Positions 27,852 through 44,000 of a DNA stretch of 64,000 bases are shown here, piece by piece. Each line of letters opens with the position of its first letter. Positions within the stretch are counted from its first letter, which is position 1. The DNA lies in the NCBI GenBank assembly GCA_045837725.1, contig JBEWZL010000152.1, positions 1 to 64,000 of the forward strand, in the 5' to 3' direction. A model generated the notes under the pieces. It saw nothing but the letters and a program-made list of their open reading frames with translations, ran no database searches and was not told where the DNA came from. Position numbers and translations under genes: made by a program. Source of the stretch: Vermamoeba vermiformis (Eukaryota).

Positions 27852-30812
27852 ATGGCTGATACTGAGAAAGCCCCAACTCATCAGAATAGCGAAAACGGCC
27901 CACGCAAGCCTTCGAACAACCACAGACGAAGATATAATCGAAAAAGACGAGGTATTTATTTAGAAAATTACTATTTTACCATTAAACACTTGTCAGTGCC
28001 TCAAATCATGTTTGCAAACGATATTTGAATTTGAAAAATTAATTTTTAAATTTCCCCAAACCACGACCTTTACTTCGACGAAACAGCTCAATAACAACAG
28101 TACCGACAAAACCAACTACTAAACATGTTTTAGGGAAGAAAGACGGTCCTAATGGTCAAGATAACACCGGTACTGACCCCAAAGACCAAACCGTCGCTGC
28201 TGGCACCGCTGCTGCTCAGAATTCCACTTCGGAACCTCTTGCAGTAGAAAAGAAAGAAGAGAACAATACCAATGATAAAAAGGAAAGTAATTCCACCGAA
28301 GAAGCTACTAACGGATCGGATGGTGGTAAAAAAGCCCCTCAAAAGAAAAAAAATAACAGAAAGAAAAATAACAAGCGAAATAATAACAATAAGAAAACCG
28401 AGGATAAGAAAGATGAAGTTAAAGACGAGCTCAGCAAAAAATGGGGCTACCACAAGGAGACAGAGAGCCAGAAATTCAGGATCTTTACTGACGTAAGTCT
28501 TAAACGCGAACCATCCCTTTGACAAGCAACAACAATGCTAACTTATAATATTTGAACTATAGGAAGAGGGTACCATCATGCTCGAATTGTTGGACTACAA
28601 CATCAACAGCATCCTGCAAAACGAGACTCAGTGGGACTGTTTGTACAACAACAAGCCCAAAATATCTGTTTATGAATTCCTTGATCTATTGCCACGCTTG
28701 AAAAAGATGTAAGTATCGTACAAGACTCGTGTAACGGCTCGACGGTTTTTTTTGGATGTGCATCCCAAACACCTCCGAGGTGAAATACCATTAATCTGGT
28801 CAATGGCCCTAACGTTTTATTATTAGCATCGAAGAAAATGATACTGGCTACGACACTGTTGGCTTGAAGTTGGTCGTCGCGTATGTGGATCACGTGTTCG
28901 AAGAGGTGCTCGCGGCCTACGAAAAGATGACCAAGTCCGGAGTGATTTCTTATTCGGGTCTCGGCTACTTCTACAGAAAGGACTCTAAAGTCTATGGTAA
29001 GTCTGATCCAACGTTAGATCTGAATTCCAAGAAAGATCGAATTTTAATTTTATTAGTGGTGGACTCCGTGATGGACGAGAAAGTTGCCTTCAAGATTACC
29101 CGCTCCGAATATGTCCGTGGCTTCATGTCCTATTTCCGCATTACCGGTCATTCCATCAGAACGGACGGCAAGAAAGTCATCAAGTGCATTGAGACCTACA
29201 CGATTGGTGCATTTAAGGGCGTCAGAAAGTACACCGACTTGCCCGTCAAGCCCGTCACTGAGGAAGTCACCAAAGAATTGACTGAACGTGGCAAGATATT
29301 CAAGAAGGTATGCTAGGCAATTTATTTCCTAATTATGGCAATTTCTAATGTGATAACGTGTCTCTAGTACGCCGTTGGCAACTTCTACTTGCACTTGACT
29401 GGCAACATGTTCCAAGAGTCGTGGTGGCGACCTGTGTTGTTCAAGGCGTAAGTAGCTAATGACACTATGCTGAAGTACCTCGTTATTAACATCGTGGTTG
29501 ATTCATGCAGCCAAGGCCGTGTGATGATTGACGGAGCTTCGTTCCGACGATTCAACCCGAACTATCAACTGCCGAGTGAAACCGAAGAGAAGATTGACGA
29601 GTAAGTTATAATAAGTCAATATGAGCTCAATATTGGTTCTAATTGTGACTATATCAGGTTGACCGAAGAAGACTTGTGGATGACTTATCCCTACTTGTAC
29701 GGCTTCTCGTTCGTGGCCAAGAAGTGGGGTGAAATTCCCGTGAGTCAATTGAACGAAATCAACTTTGACGACACTGCATTCGACAAGCTCGTCTTGCCCG
29801 CTGAAAAGAAGAAGTTGATCTCCGCCTTGGTCAAGTTCCAAGACCGGGCCTTCACGGACATTATCACTGGCAAGGGTGGAGGTTGCATCTTCTTGTTGCA
29901 CGGCTCACCGGGTGTCGGAAAGACTTTGACGGCCGAGTCACTCGCTGAACTCATGCACAAACCTCTCTACAGGTACGTTGCACTAAACTTTTATAATCTA
30001 AAATACATGACAATCTACGGAAGAGTTGATACTAATGCATATTTAGTGTGACTGTCGGTGAGTTGGGTACCACGACTGATTCGTTGGAAGAGAACTTGAG
30101 CAAAGTGCTCGAATTGGCTGCTACTTGGAAGGCAGTGGTACGTATTTGAGTGAAAATTCGATCGTTGTTAGTAACTCTAACGGCCATGTTGTACAGATCT
30201 TGCTCGACGAAGCAGATATTTTCTTAGAAGAGCGAAGCAAGAACGATATTGCTCGTAATGCAATGGTCGGTATTTTCTTGCGATTGTTGGAGTACCACCA
30301 AGGCGTGTTGTTTTTGACCACGAACCGCGTCAAGAACTTCGATCCTGCATTCCACAGCAGAATTTCAGTGGCACTCAAGTACCACGATCTTGACGCTGAA
30401 GCGCGTGAGCAGATTTGGGCCAATTTGTTGTCTGCCGCTAAAATCGAGGGCATTAACCCCAAGGACTTTGGTCAATACGAGATCAACGGTCGACAGATCA
30501 AGAACTCAATTCGCTTGGCACAGGTACCAAAAAACCGATTTCCTAGCATAAACATGTTGTACTAATGTGAAAAATTAATAGGCTTTGGCTGCATCAGAGG
30601 ACCGCCCAGTGACGAAAGACTTCTTGCTGCAAACAATCGAAGTTGCCCGTCAGTTCCAAACAGATCTGCTCGAGTCCATTGTCGTGCGTGAAGCTCATGA
30701 CGTGGTCGTGCAAAAGGTGATTGAAGAGTCGGTCAAAGAAGAGGCCAGCAAGTTGCGAGTGTCGAATGAAATGCCTTCGTTGCGCAAGTCTGTCAATCTC
30801 GACAAAAAGTAA
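27852..30812 (+). CDS. AAA+ ATPase (single AAA domain, fungal/protist DUF7025-associated type)
   Basis: 'DIITGKGGGCIFLLHGSPGVGKTLTAE', Walker B 'LLDEADIFLEER', 'LEYHQGVLFLTTNR' and 'NGRQIKN'; low-complexity N-terminus. Confidence 0.9.
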
Positions 30813-31099
30813 GACCATCATTAGGGGTCCCTAATAAACCTATCAAGTTTACATCCTAACCTCGCAGTTGAACGTTCGACTACTTAAAAAGGAAGCAAAA
30901 ATGTGCCGTTGCCCCCGCGACGCGAGCTACCTTTGAATTCGCAAGTAAAATTGTATTAATTTGTACATGGTCATGCGAAATATGATACATTCGAGATATT
31001 TACAAGGTTTGTTTCCGCCAGATCTGCACTAAGTCATAAATTTCAAATCTCCAAATCCCTTATTCTCTCCACTCTCTAATCAAAATGTTATTTATTAAT

Positions 31100-32748
<1,649 letters not shown>

Positions 32749-33185
32749 TTTTCTGATATTAAATAATGTTAATATGTGTGAAATAAGCTCATGCGTATTT
32801 TCTGTAATTTTCTAATATTTAAAAATAAATTCTAACAGATCAGATATTTTCACGCGAATTTATACAATCGTATTGCTATCGAAACAATTATTTACGCTAT
32901 TACAGCTCCGAAAGCTTGTGTAGGTTTCATTTTAAGACTAACCGATTAAATTGATCTGGTTCAATTTCGCTTGTGCTGTTTCGGCGTTGCAAAGTTAATG
33001 ATTAATAAATTTCGCGCAGAACGCCGATTTTATTGCACGTGGCAGAAGGTTCTGAAAGGTTCTAAAAGCTTCTTCTACACCGCGGGATAACGAATATGAT
33101 ACATCCAAGATGTCGTATTCGACTCAAGCCCCTTCAGTAAATCTAACTTTTTCTTTCGAGCGATTGTAAGTCTCAAAGTCTTTAT

Positions 33186-34829
33186 TTAGGCAAATAACAC
33201 AGCATAAAAAATAGCAAAGATAGGCACGGCAAATTTAATAGCGGCTTCCGATGTCTTAGAAGGAGAGGGCGCAGGAGAAGGCGACTTAGAGGATGGAGGA
33301 GAAGGCATGGTGCAAGTTTTGCCGTTACCAGTATAGCCTTTTTTGCAGGTACAAGTGTGCGAGAAGTAATCAGTAGTGGAGGCGACGCAGTCAGCGTTGA
33401 CGTCACAATCGTTATTGGCACCCACGCACGGGTCTTGAGGCAAGATCCAGATGTCACTGAACGCTGAACTGCCATCCTCACCACCGCATAGAATGAGATT
33501 ACCACGATTATGAATGCCACCAGATCTGCCAGGGTAGAACCGAGATCCAAGGACACTTCCTTTGGCACGGTAATTTGTGAAATTATTCGGGACTATATCA
33601 GGACCAATACTGCCGTACACCAGCTTCCACATCTTGCTCGTCTTGTTGAATAGCCAAAAATCATTTAAGCCTTGGTTAGTAACGTAAAAACTTCCACCAC
33701 CAACGAGCAATGTGCCGTCTCGTCTGTCAACCATCAAAGCACCTGTTCTGGAACGCGGGTAGTTGTTAATGTCGAAGTCGTCGGGCACTGCTAAAGAAGC
33801 GTTGGTCACGACTGAAGATTCATTTCCCCATTCGACACGCCACACCAAAGTCTTCGTGTCAAACGACCACATGTCACCCCAATCTATGCCTGTCTCGTCA
33901 GCTGGACCGTCTCCATATCCACCGAATATCCAAATACGATCTTCTTCATCAATTGTAGAGGCAGCCAACCAACGGCCATTCCAAGTCTTGCTCGCAAAGT
34001 CGATTTTCACGGGGTTAAGAGCGTCGCCTCCAAGAAAAGTCCACATCAATGACGTAGTATTGAAATGCCATACGCTGTTGAGAGTTGATGAGCGATAGCC
34101 TCCTAAGAGCCACAGATTTTTTTGAGAGTCAACAGTGAGACTAGCGCCTTCAAGTTCTCCAGGAGTGTTGCCAGATGCAGGGACGCCAACTTCGCCGTAC
34201 ACGGGGAGGAGCGTGTCGTTGTATCGGAAGTTAGTAAACTCAAATGACGTCGTATTGAACCGCCAGAACATGTTTCTAATGCCATTTTCGCTTCCGTAAA
34301 TCCAGATGTTGTCGTTATGGTCGATCGCCGAAGCGGTAAAAGTCATTGTACCAGGATATCCGTTAGCATCGGGCACACCATACTCAGTGACTACCACCTG
34401 ATCAACGCTGGAGTCATTGACGGCGCCGGCGACCCAACGGTAAAGATCAGTCTTGGGATCGTAGTTCCAAACAGCGTTTGAATTATCTCTGGTATAACTG
34501 TAGCCACCAGTAATCCAAATTGTTCCTTTTGAATCTGTTTCAACCATAAAAGCTCCAGCTCTGCCGCCAGCACCAGTGCTGATATCTGTCCACTCGTATC
34601 TGGGCGATTGAAATTCACCTAAAAAATTAACATTACAATGCGAATACGAATAAAAATAAACAAAAAATTTGGTTGAGCACTATAACTGAAATTCGATCGA
34701 ATAAATCTACAATGAACAACACTTACTTGTATCAGAGGTGTTCAACGGAGAAAGCCAGATCGGAGTAATTGCTGCAGTCGATAATACGACGCAAGAGCAC
34801 AAGACCAGCACAACGTGAAAGGAAACCAT
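33186..34829 (-). CDS. Secreted/GPI-type kelch-repeat (galactose oxidase-like propeller) + EGF-like surface protein
   Basis: Signal peptide MVSFHVVLVLCSCVV; repeated 'IWI(T/F)GG' and 'LWLLGG' kelch units; EGF 'CDVNADC...CTCKKGYTGNGKTC'; Ser/Pro stalk; hydrophobic C-terminus. Confidence 0.85.
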
Positions 34830-35003
34830 CTTACGTGTTGTTTCTTACAGAATAGAAACTAAAACCGTTTTTATGCCGAAAACGCGTTTAAAGCGTTATG
34901 GATGGGTTCGCCATAAAAGGAAAATCGGATTTTAATAAATTGTTTTTATTCTATGTATGATTATTATGATTAACGAGTAAAGACTAACCTCAATCTCAGA
35001 AAA

Positions 35004-38000
35004 TTATTTGCGCTTGAGTTGGATCAAGTAGCGCATTCTGACCTGGCTCGTGTCGTACACAATGTACTCGTTGAATTCGCGGAGGTAGTACAAGTTGGCG
35101 TTAATAAGATCAGCATCTTCGTCATTCTCGCTCTTCTCGTCGTCATCTTTTTCCTCCTTTTCTTCGGCATCCGAATCCGCATCCTCGTCTTCATCTTCGT
35201 CCTCATCGTCCTTATTTTTCTTTTTATCGTTGATCTTAGCGGCCTTCTTAGCGTCTCTCTTCTTCTTAGCTTCTTGTTGCTGGTCGGCAATCTTAGCCTT
35301 CTTATCTTCCAAAGAGCCAACAGGAACGGTAACTCCGTTGGGCAAAACAAGAGATTGCTCGAAATTGGGACCAGTAGAGCCAAGACCTATTATTATAATG
35401 TTAATTCAGGCATATAAATAGAATAAAATTCAATATTTTCTCGTACCTTGAACGCTGTCAAAGCCGGCAGGGGCAGCTTCCAATTCTTCTTCAGGTCCTT
35501 GAACGTATTGCTTCATCTTGCCAAGAGCGACCTCGCAGAGCATCATAAAGCCTAATTAAACAATGAATAAGATGCTTTGTAACGATATTTCCTAGTTAGG
35601 CAAGTCCTTACCATAGCCGTCCTCAGAGAAGTCAGTGTAGTTGTAGCTCTTAGAGAAAGTGTCTGCGAAGTAAATGCCGCGTCCGAACAAAGCGCCAGTG
35701 CCTTCAGCTTCAGGAGGAGCAATTCTCAAGCCTTGCGACATAATACCAACAAAGTTGACGACCTTGGATCCGTGCCACAACAAGAAGTGGTTGGGCGTCT
35801 CTTTCCACTTGCTAATTCGCTCAGCTTCACCCTTACGTTGAATACGATAGATCTTGTCGATGGCTTGAGATCCAGCGTTTTTGTCGGTGTTTCGGGCGTA
35901 CTTGAGCAAGATCTTGAATTCGGGACTTTCCTTGCCCAACTCTTCCATATCGAGATTAAGCGCCTTGTAGACATAGTCCAACGGGTTCATCTTTTGTTGC
36001 TGAGAAAGTGCACCCAAGAAGATCTTTGAAGCGACTTCAAGGTCGATCAAGTTGTTGATCATGTTCAACTTGACTTTCACTGCACGCTCTTCACTGATCG
36101 ATTCAATGCGGCCGTTAGTGTAGGCAGTGTGAGGAATCAGCTCGTAGAACTCATTAGTGAGCACTGCGATGCGTTCGTGAATGGTCGTAGCGGTGTCTTG
36201 ATTGACCACACCCTTCTCTTGCAATTGTGACAACTCGTCAATCTTCTCCTTGATCGCCAGCAAGATGTCACGTGCTTTGAACAACGCGTCCTTGGTCAAT
36301 CTGTTCAACGGCATCACATCCGTGTCGATACCGATCGATCGAACAGCTTGCTTGTATCGCTTCAAGTTGCTAATGACAGTCATAGTGGACTTGATCGAGT
36401 CTAAAATAAAGATTAATTTAGCTTCCATTTATGGTAATATAATGTTCCTTACCAGGCAGAGCAGAAGCAGGTGCGACAGACAAAGCGAAAGGCTCTAACA
36501 AGTCGCGTACATTGTGCTTGACAGATTGGAACTTGACCAAGTTGTACTTCTTGTGCTTCTTCTCGAAGTTGTCGCGGTTGGCCCAAGGATTGCCGGTCTT
36601 GGCACGGAAGATCTTTTCGAATTCGGTGCACGCCTCGGCGGCAGTGTTGTACGGAGTTTGTTGGTATTGACCTACAGTGCCAATACGACCCCACCTATAG
36701 CGATAAAGTTAGACACATTCGATTAGAGTGAATGTTTTGTGACGTACTTGTTCCACAAAATGTAGAGGTCCTTGAGCTTGTCGTGAATGACTTGCATCAC
36801 GTAGAAGTTGTTGCGGCCGTAAATACCGTAATCAATATCGACCTTAGTCAACATGACGTCGTAGAAGACACCGTTCTTGCTGTAAACTTCGCCGTTCTCA
36901 CGTTGTTTACGGTCACCAAAGACTTTGTCGACGCGGTGAGGCACAACTTCGTCAGTGACTTGTTCGCTGGACTTGACGTACTCCTTGGCATCATGCTCGT
37001 AGTCAATGCCACTGTCAGCCCATGCCAAGATCGAAGATTGCTCTCTGTAGAGACACCGTTAGAACACCACAAATACGGCCAAAAGTGTTTGACATACCTT
37101 GTCGGCAATGTGGGCAAAGCTTTAACGCCGAGGTTGCGCAAAGCGTTGTAAAGCTTCTTGGAGTCTTGGAGCGAAGAGTAGTACAACGGAGCCTTGCCTG
37201 AGTTGTCCTTGACGTCCAATTCGGCCTCTGCACAGTGAGGTTAATACCAATACATTCATAAGATATCCATTTACGTACTGCGCTTGTGCAGCAACTCCAA
37301 GAGGGCGACGTTCTCGTAAGAGCCGTAAGGCAAGGGATTGACGACGTAGTGCACGACGTTCTTGCCTTGAGAGTCCTTCTTGTTGACATCAATACCCTTC
37401 TTCTTCAACAGAATCTCGATCAATTCCATCGCGTTCTCGCTCACTGCATACATCAACGGCGTACGACCCTAGCAAAATCATTAGTAAAGAAACGAGTGTA
37501 ACCATCACCTAAGAAGTAGAACTTACTTGGTCATCAGCTGCATTGACATCAGCAGAGGCCAATACGATCTCAACGAGTTTCTTGTTGAGTTGCTTGATGT
37601 AGTAAATCAACGGAGTGATCTTGCGTTGTTCGTGCAAGAAGACAGTGTTGACGTTGGCCTTCTTCTTCATGAACAACTTGACCAAGTTGCCGTTTTCGTC
37701 CGAGTTTTGAATGGCCAATGAGAACGGGGTCTGTTGCTTCTTGTCGACGAGGTTGGGGTCCAAACCCTTTTCAAGCAAGAACTCGCACAGCTCTTTGTTG
37801 CCTCTCTTGGCAGCGTAGTGCAACGACGATCTGCCCTTGTTGTCAATCAATTTGATGTCAACTCCACGTGCCAACAACTTCTCGGCAACAGTTGTGAACG
37901 AGACCTAAAGGCAAGTTAGACATTGTGAACATAATATAAGAGCCGTGACGTACTCTGTTGTCTTTGAGAGTAGCAGGAGACTGGCCAAGAGCGTGGAACA

Positions 38001-41000
38001 AGTTTTGTTTCTTGTCGCTGACCTTTTGAACGACGCTGTCTTCTTTCGTCTTAGACAACAAAGTCACGACGAGTTGCAAGCGACCAATGGCAAGAGCGTC
38101 TTTCATGGCTGTCAAATAGTCGAATCCAGCGTCCAGCATCATGTAAGTCAATCCCTGATAATATAATATATAAGGTGAGCTCAGGAATACTCTGATTTCA
38201 TTGTTTTACGTACTTGAGAGTTTTGAGCGGCAATGGCAATCGAGAACATTGTCTTTGCAACGCGCTCTCTAACAACCAAGTTCGAAGGATCGACAAACGT
38301 GTGCATTCCTTGGTTGGTGGTGGTAGTAGTGGCAACTTTTTGGTTGTTATAGTTGTAAGGCTTCTTCTTCTTTTTGTTGTCTGCCATACAAAGATAAGAA
38401 TTTAAAATGATAAAAATGGTTTGGGCAAGACATACATCCGTTGTCAGAGTCAGAGTCAGAGTCTTCGTCGTCAGAGTCAGAGAGCTCGCTCATGTCTGAG
38501 TCTTGGTTCTCCTCTTCTTCGTCCTCATCTTCATCGACGTCAGACATGTCATCGTGCATGACTTCATCGTCGTCAATCTCGCTCATAGCGCTAGCAGCCA
38601 ACTTGGCTCGCTTCTTCTCCTCTTGCTTGGCCTCCTTAGCAGCTTGCTCTTTAGTAATGCGATCAACGTAGTTCACCAAGTGCTTCACGCTGGCCTTCTT
38701 TTGGATCAACATGATGGCGTAGTCAAAGTGACCGTGCTTAACACCAATACCCAGAGGCGTGTTGTTGTCGTAGTCCTCTTTGTCAAGCTCAGCACCACGC
38801 TCGATCAGGTACAACGAGCAAATGGTAGCGCCGCGCTTAGCAGCCCAATGCAATGCAGTGCGTTGATGCTTGTCAACCAAGCCGATGTTAATGTTCTTAA
38901 CGGCGCACATGCTGCTGACTGTCTCGATAGGATCGTTCTTGGTGTGCGAAGACCAGTTCTAAGTTAAACAAAACATTAATATTTGATGGAACTGGCGTAC
39001 TAAATGAGCACTTACGTTCATATCGATGAATGCATAGTGCAAAGGAGTGCAGCCCAAGACATCTTGAGCATTGACATCTGCACCAGCGTTGAGCAAAGTC
39101 TCTTCCATATCGAAAGTAGCGTCAACAGTCGCGCTAGAAATTGACACGGCAAAGTGCAATGCAGTGCGTTGGTTCTTGTCGCGAGAGTTGGCGTTGGCAC
39201 CCTTGGAGAGGAGCAACTTGACCATTTCGAGGTTCTTGCCAATGGTGGCAATGTGCAAGGGCGTAAGACCGAAGGTTTGATCGGCAATGTCGACTTTAGC
39301 CTTGTGATTGATCAAGTCCTCGACGACTGCAAGACTGCCTTGTTTGATGGCAATAGTCAAAGCAGAATCGCCGTGCAACGAGAGCTAAAACGACAAACGG
39401 TCAAACTTTGGTCAAAACAACTGAGATATTTTTTTGAACTTACTTTGTTGACGTCAGCGCCAGCACCAATCAAAGACTTGGCGATATCAATGTTTTTAGC
39501 GTTAACAGCAAGGTGCAAAGGAGTTTCATCATCCAAATTGACCTTGTCCAATTGCGGCTTCTTGTTCAACAACAAGCGCAAGACTTCATTGTGAAGTTTC
39601 TTGGCGTCATCGAAGGAGAAAGCAGGCTTAGAGGCGACTAAATGAAGAGCGGTCCATTGAGGATAAGGACCGTACTTAGTCTTCTCGTATTGTCGCTTCT
39701 GGACTTCAGTCATCTTAGCCCACTTTAGTTTTCTCTTGGCCTCTTTGTGAGCAGGCAACTTCTTCTCGGTGCGCTAGTTAATCACTCGTCAGAACTTGAT
39801 TGTAATTCGTACAAAAACATTGTCGCTATTACCTTCTTGGCCAATTTGATGAAAGCAGATGAAGCATCAGCGGTGGGTTGCGACAAAATAATGTCCAAGC
39901 ACTTGAGGAAGTTCTTCAACTGGGCAACGGTCTTTTCTTTGTTAACATTGTCTGATAATACCACGTCAATATTTCAATGTAAACTAACTGTTGTAATAAT
40001 ATTGAACTCACCAGTACTTTCTTGATCATCTTCGTCATCGTTGTCACTGAAGCTCTTCGTGTGGCGTCTAATACCACCTTTACCGAGCCCTCTGCCTCCT
40101 ATGGCTCGCTTGACAGGCTGGTTATTTTGATTGTTGTCATTGCTCGGCGCGCTGTAATCCTTGAACGAAATGAGCGCCTTCAACAATGGTGTGGCTCCTT
40201 CTTCGTCAACTTCAGCAATGAGGGAAGCGAAATCTACGCACTAAAGAGTTGAATAAATATTCTTGGCTAATCATTTCTCGTTGACTGAGTTACCTTTGTT
40301 CTTGACCAAGATCTCCAACAATTCGACAGTCTCAGACTCGAAAAAGGCGTTGTTACCAGCCAACAAATGCAAGATGTTCTGGTCCTTCTGGTTCTTGCCG
40401 GTAATTTCAGCCTTATTGTCGAGCAGCAACTACAAAAGAGGTTAATATCGCGATTAAATTAAGGCCTGCAGGTTTACCTTAATCAAGGTTTGACGGGCAA
40501 ACAAAGTAGCCAACATCAACGGAGATTGACCTTGGCTGTCACGAGACAACACTTCAGCGCCCTTGTCAATCAACATGCGAGCAATCTTTTCAACGGAAGC
40601 ATTGAATTGGTCTCTCTTCTCCTCGTGTTCTTTTCGCTGTTCATCGTTCATGGGGTTCCAGTAGCCGTATCGCCTGTAGTCAAGACAAGCATATTAGCTC
40701 CATCAATACTACAAATCGAGAAGTATAATACGTACTTGCTGGGGTTCTTAAGGACTTCTTCATCGAAGCCAACCTTAGTGGCAATCAAGTGCAAAGGTGT
40801 CAAGCCTTGAGTATCAGCCAAGTTGACGTCAATACCGTCCTTCTTGAGCAAGTACTCCATTTGCGAGACAGCCTTGTCGTCAGTCATGTTGTCGATGGTC
40901 TGGGACAACAAAGAACGACCGGACTCATCACGAATGTTGACGTCAACGCCCGGTTGGTTGAGCAAGAAATCAGCACATGCCAAGTGACCCTTGAACATAG

Positions 41001-44000
41001 CAATAGACAAAGGAGTTGACTTCCAGTCGTTTTGCAAGTTGGGATCCGCACCATGTTGCACCAAGTACTTGAGGACTTCGATCCAACCATAGCCAGCAGC
41101 ATAGTGTGCAGGTGTATTCTTGGATGAGTCAGCAGCGTTGGGGTCTACCAAGGTTAACATTAGATATTAACCCTTTTGAGAATAAGAGCACAGTACACAC
41201 CAGATCCAACGTGGATCAAGTAGCTGACGATCTTGAGGTAACCGTTCTTTGCTGCGAACAAGAGAGGAGTCTTCTTCAACTTCTCGCGAGTATCGATCAA
41301 TGCACCAGCTTCGATCAAAACCTTGACGCAATCAAAGTTGCCTCGCATAGCAGCAATGTGCAAAGCGGTACGCTTCTTCTTGTCCTAGAGAAAAACTGTA
41401 AGTCTTTGCGAAATTACAGGTTCGAGCTTGATACGTACGAGGATCTCAAGGTTGGGTTGAGCGGTATCTATGAGGTACTTCAACACCTTGGCTTCGCCAT
41501 ACCAGCAAGCAGTGTGAATGGAGTTCCAACCACCGAACTTGTCACTTTGTTCGACCATTTGCTTAACAACGTTGCCTTGAGCAGGAGCAACCTATGTCGT
41601 ATGTTAGAAGAGCCGAGAGGAACTCTCAAGAACTTACGTCCAATTCAGCAACGTCCTTTTTGACCGCACGCTTCTTGGGTTTCTCTTCGTCATCTGAACC
41701 ACCTTCTTCGTCAGATCCGCCCTCCTCGACGTCCATTTCGTCAGACTTCTCCTCCTTTTCAGGAGCCTCGGCTTCTTTCTCTTTAGCGATCTTCAAGATT
41801 ACTTCGACGTTATCCAATCGGCCGTAGTGAACTGCGCACATCAAAGGAGTGATGCCCTTGTCATCTCCGTCCTTGAAGTCGACACCGCGAGCAATCAAAT
41901 ACTTCAGTGGCTCGGGAGAACTGCAAGCAGCAGCGTAGTGAATCTAAGTATGGTTAGTACATGTCATTAGAAACAATGAATTATTGATGGCACGTACTGG
42001 TCTTCTACGCTCTTCATCAGGGTAATTGTACTCGGGAACAACATCCAACAAGGCCTTGAGGTACTTAGGATTGGGATTGATGGCAGCAGTGTGAAGAGGA
42101 GCGATAATCTTGTTCGCGTAAGGCTTCTTGGTCACGCTGACAGCACGGAACTTTTCAAGCTCTTCATTCTCGAAGAGAAGAACCTACATTTTAGAGTTGG
42201 TTAATATCTTATAGTAGGCGAGTCTAAGCGGTTGTAACGTACTTGGTAGTGCAATGGGTTGAAGCCAAAGCCACCCTTCTTGGCCAAGTTCTCGATCACG
42301 TGACCAGCAACCTTGTGGTTACCAGCACGAACAGCGAAGAACACGTTGTCGCTCAATTGTCTGTTAACATGATTAGAAAAATACTACTAGGGTTGTAATT
42401 AACGTACTGTTCAAGACCAGGAACGTTAGTCAACAACAGATCCAAAGTTTCCTTGGTCACGGAGTTGTTGTTCAAAATAGTCTTGGCAATATTATTAGGA
42501 GACAAGACAGCCTCTGTAACATAAATATTCGTTAGTTTGTGCCCGAAACGATAAAAATAATACGCGTACCGTTCCAATAATCGTCATTGTACAAATCGTC
42601 AGCGAACGCGTTGTTGCCTTCCTTACCGCCACGAGTAGCGGTGATGGGACGAACGGCGTGGTTGTAAGTGAACTTGCTCACGCTGCCCGAGGTCAAAGTC
42701 TTCAGCGAGGAGTGAGGTGCAGGAGCTCGTTTGGGCTTCTTGTCCATCGTGTAAGGAGCAGTCAACAACTGAATAGGCATATTATTAAGGATGTCCGCAC
42801 GAATAGATTTTGGTATTATAGAGTGTTGTACCTTAATAGCATCGTGATCGTTGTTAATAATGGCGTGATCCAAGGCACTCAACGAAGTATCAGCACTTTG
42901 GAACACGTACAAGTTGTACACGTGCTCAGCGTCGTTAATCAACTTCTTCAACAAGGCAGTGTTCTTCGTAAGAACGGCACTATATTTATCACGATCGTTA
43001 GCAATTTAAATTGTATTGCGGATCAGCTAATTCCTTTGGGTAAAGTACCGCAAGCTCTTTTGTAATATTGTTATACTTACCGAATAACTTGCTTGCTAGA
43101 GCAGAAGTTGCAACAGTTTGTCGGGTAAGCATTACCAGGAGCCTCGAGAACAGGATCCAAATCCACAACGGGAATGTCAGGATTAGGCTCAGGCTTCTTA
43201 GGCTTGGAAACAACACGCTTAGGCTTAGGAGGAGCCTTTTGCTTCTTAGGCTTGGGCTCATCATCAGGTGACCCCTCAGCCTTGCGCTTTCGACCGCGAC
43301 CAGCAGTCTTGGTGGGGGTTTTGGCGCCTCGTGAACCAGTTGAAGCTCTGCGAGCAGCACGCTTCTTAGGCTTCTCTTCTGCCTCTTCTTCCTCTTCTGG
43401 CTCGTCCTTAATGTCAGCATCTTCGTCAGATTCAACTTTGTCTTCTTCTTTGATCTTTTCCTCTTTGATCTCGAACTTTTAAAAAACATTGAGCGAAATG
43501 CGTTATATTACAAAGAAACCGAAATCGTAGATAATTGTTGAAGAGGGGAATAAGCTGCTAAACTACAAATACCTCGCCGTCGTCATCGTTGGCTTCTTCA
43601 TCCTCGTCGTCGAGAAGATTATCTTGTTGCAGCTCGCTGTCAACAAGCTTCAGGATCTTCGACTTCTCCTCGTTGGATAAAGTGTAACTGCCGTCTTTTT
43701 CAGTGGTCAGTTTGACTTTGGTTAACACCACGAAAGGCTCGATCGTGTCATCTATTTCACGAAAAGTAAGTCCACAATATTGAATTTAATTTAATATGAT
43801 ATCCTTATTAACAACTTACTTTCATCCTCTTCCACAAAATAATTGTTGTCTTGCTTGAGTTCCAACCAGCTAACGTGAAGTTTCTTTTTCTTTACGCCAG
43901 TGACTGCATCATATAATTAATCACGAGCTCGAATTAAATCAAGCAAAAATGTAAATTTACATCGATTGAGTTGATTATTGTTAAAAAAGAAAATATCTTG

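Noticed and set aside
33046-33075. Short GAAGGTTCT-like repeats
   Set aside because: Three degenerate ~10-mers, compatible with local slippage; no further structure.
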